Assembly (NCBI GenBank): GCA_964652745.1
Contig: CAZZBQ010000001.1
Span: forward strand, 16,029 to 75,401
Length of the DNA: 59,373 bases
Reading direction: 5' to 3'
Origin: an uncultured Gammaproteobacteria bacterium
Lineage (GTDB): Bacteria > Patescibacteriota > Patescibacteriia > Patescibacteriales > UBA12465
The notes beneath the pieces are model-generated. The model was given only the letters and a program-made list of their open reading frames with translations. It did no database searches and was not told the origin of the DNA. The translations under genes and the position numbers were made by a program. Shown here one piece after another: positions 53,117 through 59,373 of this stretch (positions within the stretch are counted from its first letter, which is position 1; every line of letters starts with the position of its first letter).

Positions 53117-54712
53117 ATGGATCAAAATGATAAATATTTACGCGTTGGTAAGGCCACTGATTTAAGCGGTCGGGATTATAAGATTTATCGTCTTTTTGAA
53201 ATGGTGCCTGGTATTTTATCAATTTTCACACTTTTTTTATTATTAATATTTTCTTATTTTAAGCCAGTTTTTGTGGCTTATTTTATTATTGCCTTTAATG
53301 TTTATTGGCTGCTTTTGGTTGTCTACATGGCTATTTTTTTAATTACCTCTTATGTTCAGTTAAAAAAGGGCTTAAAAACTGACTGGAAAAAGCGCTGTTA
53401 TAATTTAGTAGCTGGTAACTGGGACGAAGAAAAGGCTGCCCCCGATTCTTTGGCGCGCCAGGGAATTATTTGGTCTGATGTTTGGCATTTAATAGTTTTG
53501 CCCACTTATAACGAAAGCATAGATATTATTCGCGATTGTTTGCGAGCTATTGAAAATGATGGCTTTCCTTCGGAACGCATGATTGTTACTTTGGCGGTTG
53601 AAGAGAGGGCGGGGGTGAGTGCATATGAGAAAGCTGAGATTATTCGCCAAGAGTTTGGTAATAAATTTGGAAGGTTTGCAATCGTTTTTCATCCTGATGG
53701 TATTGAAGGAGAATTAAAGGGCAAGGGAGCTAATCAGGCTTGGTGCGTTAAGCAAGTCAAACAAGATATCATTGATAAAGAAGGATTCGATTATAAAAAA
53801 ATTCTTGCCAGTGTTTTTGATATTGACACCGTTGTTAGGTCTGGTTATTTTTTTGCTCTTACTCATCGCTTTTTAACAACTACAAAACCATATCGTACTA
53901 GTTATCAGCCAATTCCGGTTTATCATAATAATGTTTGGAATGCGCCATTTTTTTCGCGCGTGGCCGCTTCATCTAATACTTTCTGGCAGATGATTATGCA
54001 AGTGCGAAAAGAAAGTTTGGTAACTTATTCTTCGCATTCCATGACTTTTGTGGCTCTTACTGAAATTGGTTTTTGGTCGCCGAAAAGTGTTAGCGAAGAT
54101 TCACGTATTTTTTGGCATTGTTTAATGCATTACAATGGTGATTATCGGGTTGAGCCGATTTATTATGATGTTTCTATGGATGTAACTAGTGATAGTACTT
54201 TGCCTAAATCAGCTTTGAGCTTATATAAACAACAAAGACGCTGGGCTTGGGGTGCAGAAAATATTCCTTATTTACTTTTTAATACGATGAAGCGTTGGAA
54301 AAATCCTGGATTCAGAAAGGGAATGATTGTTGAACATATTGTAATTCAGCTTTATGGTTTTCATGCTTGGGCAACTAACGCCTTGATTATCGGCGTGTTA
54401 GGTTGGATGCCCATGCTTTTAGGCGGTGATCGTTTTAATGCTACGGTTTTATCTACTAATTTACCAGCGGTTACACAAAATTTAATGAATGTGGCTATGG
54501 TCGGCTTAGTGTTGTCGGCAGTTGTTTCTACTTTGCTTTTACCTAAGCGTCCGAAAAAGTATACTATTTGGAAGAATATAAAGATGACTGCTGAATGGTT
54601 ATTCGTTCCTTTTGTGATTGTATTTTTTGGAGCCTTTCCGTGTTTAGATGCTCAGCTTAGATTAATGCGCGGAAAATATATGGGTTTTTGGGTGACACCA
54701 AAAGCTCGCTAA
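53117..54712 (+). CDS. Membrane-embedded family 2 glycosyltransferase (processive, cellulose/chitin-synthase-like)
   Basis: TM segments flank a GT-A core with VFDIDTV and the QxxRW motif QQRRWAWG. Confidence 0.85.
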   Translation: MDQNDKYLRVGKATDLSGRDYKIYRLFEMVPGILSIFTLFLLLIFSYFKPVFVAYFIIAFNVYWLLLVVYMAIFLITSYVQLKKGLKTDWKKRCYNLVAGNWDEEKAAPDSLARQGIIWSDVWHLIVLPTYNESIDIIRDCLRAIENDGFPSERMIVTLAVEERAGVSAYEKAEIIRQEFGNKFGRFAIVFHPDGIEGELKGKGANQAWCVKQVKQDIIDKEGFDYKKILASVFDIDTVVRSGYFFALTHRFLTTTKPYRTSYQPIPVYHNNVWNAPFFSRVAASSNTFWQMIMQVRKESLVTYSSHSMTFVALTEIGFWSPKSVSEDSRIFWHCLMHYNGDYRVEPIYYDVSMDVTSDSTLPKSALSLYKQQRRWAWGAENIPYLLFNTMKRWKNPGFRKGMIVEHIVIQLYGFHAWATNALIIGVLGWMPMLLGGDRFNATVLSTNLPAVTQNLMNVAMVGLVLSAVVSTLLLPKRPKKYTIWKNIKMTAEWLFVPFVIVFFGAFPCLDAQLRLMRGKYMGFWVTPKAR

Positions 54713-54729
54713 ACCTTCTTTTGTTAGTT

Positions 54730-54758
54730 TTGGCAGTGAGCCAAGGCTGTGTTATAAT
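54730..54758 (+). promoter_or_regulatory. Strong promoter placed for a leaderless transcript of the FtsB-like gene
   Basis: TTGGCA (54730-54735), 17-bp spacer, extended -10 TGtTATAAT (54750-54758). Exactly 7 nt (AAATAAC) precede ATG 54766. Confidence 0.65.
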
Positions 54759-54765
54759 AAATAAC

Positions 54766-55206
54766 ATGGCAAGACAGCAAATGCAGCCACGCTCTTTTAG
54801 CGCTGGCCATTCTGAAAACAAACAACGATTTTTTTATCGCCTGGTTATCAACCAGCGTTTTTTGGCGGTTATTGGTTTATTTTTATTGTTAATAATCGCT
54901 ATTCCTTTAGCTAAAACCTATAGTCAGAAAAAAATAGTAGAGCAAGAATTAGCTGATTTACAGGCTGGTATTATTCAGTTCGAACAAGAAAATAGTGAAC
55001 TACAAGAAATGATAAAATATTTAGAATCAGATCAGTCCTTAGAATCGCAAGCGCGTTTAAATTTAAATTTAAAAAAACCAGAGGAATCGGTAGTGGTTAT
55101 TGAGAGATTAGAAGATGTTGAGAATGAATTAAGTGGGAATCAAGACGCTGGTCAAGATAGACGTAGTAATTATAAAAAATGGCAAGAATATTTTTTGGGT
55201 ACATAA
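54766..55206 (+). CDS. FtsB/DivIC-type septum formation initiator
   Basis: Trimmed to ATG 54766 (MARQQMQ). One TM, then a coiled coil ELADLQAGIIQFEQENSELQEMIKYLESD...ARLNLNLKKPEE. Confidence 0.8.
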   Translation: MARQQMQPRSFSAGHSENKQRFFYRLVINQRFLAVIGLFLLLIIAIPLAKTYSQKKIVEQELADLQAGIIQFEQENSELQEMIKYLESDQSLESQARLNLNLKKPEESVVVIERLEDVENELSGNQDAGQDRRSNYKKWQEYFLGT

Positions 55207-55231
55207 AAAGACGAGTTGGATTCGTCTTTTT
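55206..55231. terminator. Bidirectional terminator between the FtsB-like gene (+) and the tRNA pair (-)
   Basis: AAAAGACGA / TCGTCTTTT around a 7-nt loop, with A-run and T-run on either side. Confidence 0.8.
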
Positions 55232-55243
55232 AGGTGTAATCTG

Positions 55244-55316
55244 AGCCGAGAATGGGGTTCGAACCCACGACCTACGGTTTACGATACCGCCGCTCTACCA
55301 GCTGAGCTATCTCGGC
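55244..55316 (-). tRNA. tRNA-Thr (anticodon CGT)
   Basis: Hand-folded cloverleaf: acceptor GCCGAGA/TCTCGGC, D arm AGCT..GAGC, anticodon stem GCGGT/ACCGT with loop ATCGTAA, T arm GTGGG-TTCGAAC-CCCAT. No encoded CCA. Confidence 0.9.
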
Positions 55317-55323
55317 TTAAATG

Positions 55324-55398
55324 TGGAGCGGGTGAGCGGAATCGGACCGCCTTCTTCAGCTTGGGAAGCTGACGTAATAACCATTATACAACACCCGC
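55324..55398 (-). tRNA. tRNA-Gly (anticodon CCC), CCA encoded, atypical T-loop
   Basis: Acceptor GCGGGTG/CACCCGC, anticodon stem TCAGC/GCTGA with loop TTCCCAA, T arm GGCGG-TCCGATT-CCGCT (C where U55 is expected), 3' TCCA. Confidence 0.85.
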
Positions 55399-55431
55399 AA
55401 AAAATATTTAGTCGTTTATTATTGTAAATAC

Positions 55432-55461
55432 ATTATAATCTTAACAAACTCGGAAAGTCAA
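55432..55461 (-). promoter_or_regulatory. Candidate promoter of the tRNA-Gly/tRNA-Thr unit
   Basis: On the minus strand: TTGACT (55461-55456), 18-bp spacer, TATAAT (55437-55432), 33 nt upstream of the tRNA-Gly 5' end. Confidence 0.55.
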
Positions 55462-55474
55462 ACCTAATTATCAT

Positions 55475-56956
55475 ATGTTTATTAAAGGAAAATATTTAAT
55501 ATTAGCATCATTAATCTTATTTGGGCCCTTGTCTGCTTCGGCGTTCAATCCTGGCTTGGATATTCAAAAGGAACCACTAGCTTTTACTAGTGAACCAACT
55601 TTAATCATTTCTGAGAATTATGAGAAATATCGTATTCCTTGGGAGTGGGAGACTTTAACGCCGGCTTACGAATATTCATTTATCAATGGCGGCTTGTATG
55701 ACCCGAGTCGTCCTTTGGAAATTAAAATTAGTTATCCGAAAAAAAGTGATCGTTTAAAACAAATTTTTTCTTTTGATTTTTTGTCTGGTGTTTGGCGTCC
55801 AGTAGAAACTAAAGATAATCCGGCTGAGCAATATGTTTCTATGACAACTGACGCCACTTCAGCTTGGCTAGTTGTTTTGTCGAAACCAGAAGTGATGACA
55901 TCGGGCAAGGCAAGTTGGTATAAATATAAAGAAGGTTTATTTGCCGCTTCGCCTGATTTTCCTAAAGGTACAGTCTTGCGCGTTCATAATACAGCCAATG
56001 AAAAGTTTGTTGATGTAACGATTAATGATTATGGTCCAGATAGAGCAAAGCATCCAGATAGAGTAATCGATTTAGATAAAGTCGCCTTTGAAAAAATAGC
56101 TTCTTTGGGAGCTGGCATTATTGATGTTAGAGTTGAAGTTGTAAAAGAAGTGCCGACTGCGGCCGCCAAGACAACGGCCCAACTGCAAGAGACTCCGAAT
56201 GTCACGGCTTCATCAGCAATCGTTATGATGGAAGATAGCGGTAAAATTATTTTTAGTAAGAATGATAATCAGGTTGCCCCGTTAGCAAGCTTAACTAAAT
56301 TAGTTGCTATTAAAACTTTTTTAGATACTAAGCCGGATTTATCAAAAGTAGTTACTTACAAAAAGCAGGACGAGGAATATAATTATAAATATTGTAAACC
56401 TTGGGAGTCTGCGCGTTTACGAGTTACCGAAGGGGAGACAATGACGATAGAAGATTTAGTTTATAGCACGCTTGTTGGTTCAGCTAATAACGCGATTGAA
56501 AGTCTAGTCAGAGTAAGCGGTTTAAGCCGTGCAGATTTTATTAATAAGATGAATGAAACGGTAAAATCTTATGGTGCCACGGCTACTAAGTTCGTTGAGC
56601 CTAGCGGTTTGTCGCCGGATAATGTGAGTTCTGTTTATGATTATGCTATAATAACTAAAGAGATTTTTAAGAACCCTTTAATTCAGAAAATCAGTACTAC
56701 TAAAACCTATTATTTCAAAACAATTAATACTCAGGAGCCGCATAATTTAACAAATACTAATCAGTTGCTTAAGAGCGCCAGCTATGCAATTACTGGCTCT
56801 AAGACAGGGTATTTAGATGAGGCTGGTTATTGTTTAATGACGAGGGTTAAGACATTACAGGGCAACATGATTATTGTAAACTTTGGCTCTAAGAGTAAAG
56901 CGGATAATTTTGCTGATAACGAACAGTTAATTCGTTACGGCCTGAAAGCGCTCTAA
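55475..56956 (+). CDS. Secreted fusion of an RlpA-like double-psi beta-barrel domain and an S11 D-alanyl-D-alanine carboxypeptidase
   Basis: Signal peptide; DPBB region GKASWYKYKEGLFAASPDFPKGTVLRVHN...VDVTINDYGPD; PBP motifs SLTK (SxxK), SAN (SxN) and KTG. Confidence 0.85.
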   Translation: MFIKGKYLILASLILFGPLSASAFNPGLDIQKEPLAFTSEPTLIISENYEKYRIPWEWETLTPAYEYSFINGGLYDPSRPLEIKISYPKKSDRLKQIFSFDFLSGVWRPVETKDNPAEQYVSMTTDATSAWLVVLSKPEVMTSGKASWYKYKEGLFAASPDFPKGTVLRVHNTANEKFVDVTINDYGPDRAKHPDRVIDLDKVAFEKIASLGAGIIDVRVEVVKEVPTAAAKTTAQLQETPNVTASSAIVMMEDSGKIIFSKNDNQVAPLASLTKLVAIKTFLDTKPDLSKVVTYKKQDEEYNYKYCKPWESARLRVTEGETMTIEDLVYSTLVGSANNAIESLVRVSGLSRADFINKMNETVKSYGATATKFVEPSGLSPDNVSSVYDYAIITKEIFKNPLIQKISTTKTYYFKTINTQEPHNLTNTNQLLKSASYAITGSKTGYLDEAGYCLMTRVKTLQGNMIIVNFGSKSKADNFADNEQLIRYGLKAL

Positions 56957-56957
56957 T

Positions 56958-57638
56958 ATGATTACTATCAAGAATGCCTCTAAGGCTTATAGCCGGAAAA
57001 ATCAGGTTTTAGACCGGGTTAGTCTTGATATTGAAGCGGGTGAATTCGTTTCTATTGTTGGTCAGTCCGGCGCTGGTAAAACTACTTTAGTAAAAGTTTT
57101 GATTGGTGAGGAGATAATAGATAAAGGGCAAGTAATTGTTGGTGATTGGGATATTACCAAAATTTCCAAACGCGAGGTCCCCTTTTTACGTCGTCAGATT
57201 GGCGTTATCTTTCAAGATTTTAAATTATTACCAAAAAAGACTTTAGCAGAAAATGTTGCTTTTGCCTTGGAGGTTTCCGGCGGCAGTGCAGCTAAAATTA
57301 AACGTATTGTTCCGAGTGTTATGAAGCTTGTTGGTTTAGAAGATAAACAAGAACGTTATCCTCATGAAGTTTCTGGTGGTGAAAAACAAAGAGCAGCAAT
57401 TGCGCGCGCCCTTGTACATCAGCCTAAAATTTTATTAGCCGATGAACCAACAGGAAATCTTGATGCCTTAAACACTAATGAGATTATTGAACTTCTGCTT
57501 CGCATTAATCGCTTTGGTACGACTGTTATTTTAGTAACGCATAATAAAGAAGTGGTTAACCGCTTAAGTAAACGTGTTATTACCATGGATCATGGCCAAA
57601 TTGTAAGCGATCAGGAGAAGGGAAAATATTTGCTTTAA
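56958..57638 (+). CDS. ftsE: Cell division ABC ATPase FtsE
   Basis: GQSGAGKTT, LSGGEKQR-type signature VSGGEKQRAAIARAL, and LLADEPTGNLD. It is paired with ftsX. Confidence 0.92.
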   Translation: MITIKNASKAYSRKNQVLDRVSLDIEAGEFVSIVGQSGAGKTTLVKVLIGEEIIDKGQVIVGDWDITKISKREVPFLRRQIGVIFQDFKLLPKKTLAENVAFALEVSGGSAAKIKRIVPSVMKLVGLEDKQERYPHEVSGGEKQRAAIARALVHQPKILLADEPTGNLDALNTNEIIELLLRINRFGTTVILVTHNKEVVNRLSKRVITMDHGQIVSDQEKGKYLL

Positions 57639-57656
57639 ATAATTATTTCTAAACTG

Positions 57657-58565
57657 ATGCTATCTTTATATCGGATAATAAAATTTAGTTTGCAGGATGT
57701 TGGTCGTAATGTTTGGTTGTCTATTGCAACAATCACTATCTTGCTCTTGGCACTTTTTTCTATCAACATTTTAATGACTGTTAGCGTTGTGAGCGATAGC
57801 GCAGCTAAGGCGGTTCAGGAAAAGGTTGATATCAGTCTATATTTAAAAGCCGAGGCACCAGAAAGTGAAATTCTAGCCTTACGCGATAATATCGCTAGTT
57901 CAGAAAGAGTAAAAGAGGTGATTTATATTTCTCGTGAGCAGGCTTTAACCGATTTTCGGGAGAAATATAAAAATAACCAGGAAATTTTAGCAGCCTTAAA
58001 AGAATTGGGGCGCAACCCTTTGTCTCCGAGTTTGATTATTATTCCTCAGGGGTTAGAAGGCGCGGATATGTTAGTGAACGAGTTGAAAGCTCTGGAGGCG
58101 CCAATTATTGAGTCGCGCGATTTTTCTGATAATTCTATTGTTTTAGAGAAGATTAATAATATTACCAAGAGAGTTAATGAGGTTGGGCTTTTTATCATCG
58201 CTATCTTTATTCTTACAAGTTTATTAGTAGTTTATAACACGGTTAGAGTAGCTATATATACACATAGACAGGAAATTGAAATTATGCGCCTTGTGGGGGC
58301 TTCAAATACCTTTGTTTATTTGCCTTATGTTTTTTCTGCATTTATTTATGCAATCGTTAGTACGGTAATTATTATCTTACTTTTCTATCCATTTTTATCG
58401 CTACTCCAACCCTACTTAGAAGTTTTCTTTATGGGTTATAATGTTAATATCCTAGCTTATTTTATTGATAATTTTGTTTGGATTTTCGGTTTACAGTTTT
58501 TGGCAGTATTATTTATTAATACTGTTGCTAGTGTTTTTGCAGTTAGTCGTTATGCTAAGGTTTAA
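57657..58565 (+). CDS. ftsX: Cell division permease-like protein FtsX
   Basis: TM, extracellular domain and 3 TM, with the conserved MRLVGASNTF(V/I) segment. Confidence 0.9.
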   Translation: MLSLYRIIKFSLQDVGRNVWLSIATITILLLALFSINILMTVSVVSDSAAKAVQEKVDISLYLKAEAPESEILALRDNIASSERVKEVIYISREQALTDFREKYKNNQEILAALKELGRNPLSPSLIIIPQGLEGADMLVNELKALEAPIIESRDFSDNSIVLEKINNITKRVNEVGLFIIAIFILTSLLVVYNTVRVAIYTHRQEIEIMRLVGASNTFVYLPYVFSAFIYAIVSTVIIILLFYPFLSLLQPYLEVFFMGYNVNILAYFIDNFVWIFGLQFLAVLFINTVASVFAVSRYAKV

Positions 58566-58608
58566 GGTAATTTACTGAGCAGGTTTGACTTTTGGGCTGA
58601 TTTTTAAT

Positions 58609-58637
58609 AATATCCTCAGGAGAGGATATTTTGGTTT
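58609..58637 (+). terminator. Rho-independent terminator after ftsX
   Basis: 9-bp stem AATATCCTC / GAGGATATT, loop AGGA, then TTTTGGTTT. Confidence 0.7.
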
Positions 58638-58648
58638 AAAATAAATAT

Positions 58649-58719
58649 TCGGGGATCGTCTAACGGTAGGACTCCAGGTTTTGGTCCTGGCTATTGGGGT
58701 TCGAATCCCTATCCCCGAG
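58649..58719 (+). tRNA. tRNA-Gln (anticodon TTG)
   Basis: Acceptor TCGGGGA/TCCCCGA (U1-A72), D arm GTCT..GGAC, anticodon stem CCAGG/CCTGG with loop TTTTGGT, T arm TGGGG-TTCGAAT-CCCTA, discriminator G. No encoded CCA. Confidence 0.9.
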
Positions 58720-58733
58720 CATAATTCAAAAAT

Positions 58734-58753
58734 GAGCTGAAAGGCTCTTTTTT
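58734..58753 (+). terminator. Weak terminator after tRNA-Gln
   Basis: GAGCT / GGCTC 5-bp stem (one G-U pair) with a GAAA loop, followed by T6. Confidence 0.45.
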
Positions 58754-58820
58754 GTTTTAATATTAGACACATTTTAAGTTCCAAAGTGGTTCGAACTTTT
58801 TTGGGATATTTATGACATTT

Positions 58821-58875
58821 TACAGAAAACCCTTGATTTTATTGGTCTATATTGGTTCGAATCCCATTCCTGTGT
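58821..58875 (+). pseudogene. tRNA-like remnant (T arm plus partial acceptor, no D arm or anticodon arm)
   Basis: ATTGG-TTCGAAT-CCCAT T-arm-like segment followed by TCCTGTG, which pairs 6 of 7 with the upstream TACAGAA. It is too short and degenerate to be a functional tRNA. Confidence 0.35.
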
Positions 58876-58903
58876 TTGTTTCGATTTCTACTATTTTAGG
58901 ATC

Positions 58904-59373
58904 TTAAATTCCTTCTGATGTTATTGCGCCATCTTTAAGCCAAATAACCCTATCAACATATTTCTTGTCATCTGGCTCATGAGTAACCATAATAATAGTT
59001 TGTCCAATTTCTTTATTTAATTTTTTAAATAATTTTAAAACCGTTTCCGATGATTCACTGTCTAGATTAGCTGTTGGTTCATCTGCAAATAAAATAGCCG
59101 GTTCATTTATTAGTGCCCTAGCAATAGCCACTCGCTGTTGTTCGCCACCAGACATTTCTTTTGGTAAATGGTTTCTTCGTCCACTAAGACCAACTTTTTC
59201 TAACATTTCTAAAGCTTTTTTAATATATTGAGATTTTGGCACGCCAGAAAGCATTAGCGGTAAATAAATTGATTCTAGGGCTGTTAATTCTGGTAATAGG
59301 GCATAAGCTTGAAAAACATACCCCAATTTTTTTAAACGAAATTCATTTTTTTGTTTTTTTGTAAAATTTATTG
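58904..59373 (-). CDS. ABC transporter ATP-binding protein (LolD/MacB-like), 5' end off-window
   Basis: Q-loop region GYVFQAYALLP, signature MSGGEQQRVAIARAL, Walker B ILFADEPTANLD, H-loop VTHE. The reading frame stays open to the window edge, so Walker A lies beyond 59373. Confidence 0.88.
   Translation of the reverse strand, partial: INFTKKQKNEFRLKKLGYVFQAYALLPELTALESIYLPLMLSGVPKSQYIKKALEMLEKVGLSGRRNHLPKEMSGGEQQRVAIARALINEPAILFADEPTANLDSESSETVLKLFKKLNKEIGQTIIMVTHEPDDKKYVDRVIWLKDGAITSEGI

Noticed and set aside
55133-55372. 79-aa + strand ORF from the ORF track
   Set aside because: It runs antisense across tRNA-Thr and tRNA-Gly and through the FtsB-gene terminator. The tRNA folds explain the sequence far better.
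58572-58784. 70-aa minus-strand ORF from the ORF track
   Set aside because: It lies antisense over the ftsX terminator and tRNA-Gln, so it is an incidental open frame.
1-59373. Searched by eye for CRISPR arrays, rRNA, transposase or integrase genes, reverse transcriptase or DGR template/variable repeats, toxin-antitoxin pairs, large non-coding gaps (riboswitches, RNase P, tmRNA) and recoded TGA
   Set aside because: No regularly spaced repeats and no mobility or RT motifs were seen. All intergenic gaps are 340 nt or shorter and are accounted for by promoters, terminators and tRNAs. TGA terminates well-conserved ORFs (e.g. rmuC), so an alternative code is not supported.

Overview
This 59.4-kb window is AT-rich (roughly 35-40% GC on hand-sampled lines) and very gene-dense. 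It reads like a reduced Candidate Phyla Radiation / Patescibacteria-type bacterial genome; that assignment is inference from gene content and style. The standard genetic code applies, since TGA works as a stop (e.g. rmuC, 8161-8163). I call about 50 CDS, mostly on the + strand, and 3 tRNAs (Thr-CGT, Gly-CCC, Gln-TTG). I saw no rRNA, CRISPR array, transposase, integrase or reverse transcriptase. Recognisable housekeeping genes are ndk, gyrA, mscL, rmuC, radC, an M16 peptidase, capA-like, a UvrD-type helicase-nuclease, ruvB, queA, lepB, hisS, rpsU, a short Rel/SpoT, clpP, secDF, two O-antigen-ligase-family proteins, a prepilin peptidase, ftsA, ftsZ, nrdR-nrdD-nrdG, a DnaQ-like exonuclease, a GT2 glycosyltransferase, an FtsB-like protein, a DPBB + S11 carboxypeptidase fusion, ftsEX and a partial ABC ATPase. 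Five things deserve a second look. (1) A 14.6-kb same-strand block (22772-37372) encodes three giant cysteine-rich secreted proteins of 887, 1928 and 1265 aa. Two of them carry paralogous VirB2/TrbC-like pilin hairpins at the N-terminus, and small membrane proteins with thrombospondin-type-3-like repeats follow; this is a candidate surface or host-attachment apparatus. (2) The anaerobic ribonucleotide reductase NrdD is split. The glycyl-radical motif lies on a separate in-frame 46-codon cistron with its own promoter-like element and SD, 117 nt after the stop of the main ORF. (3) A 1.18-kb moderately GC-richer single-gene cassette (promoter, secreted ORF, terminator) is bracketed by a perfect 13-bp direct repeat. 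(4) A soluble VirD4/HerA-superfamily ATPase with a C-terminal zinc ribbon is tightly packed with a DEDDh exonuclease and a small membrane protein. (5) Translation signals are unusual: almost no genes have an SD, three genes have a strong one, and two genes show leaderless geometry (TGnTATAAT-N7-ATG). All coordinates for small motifs were hand-indexed from the sequence, and no database search was possible.
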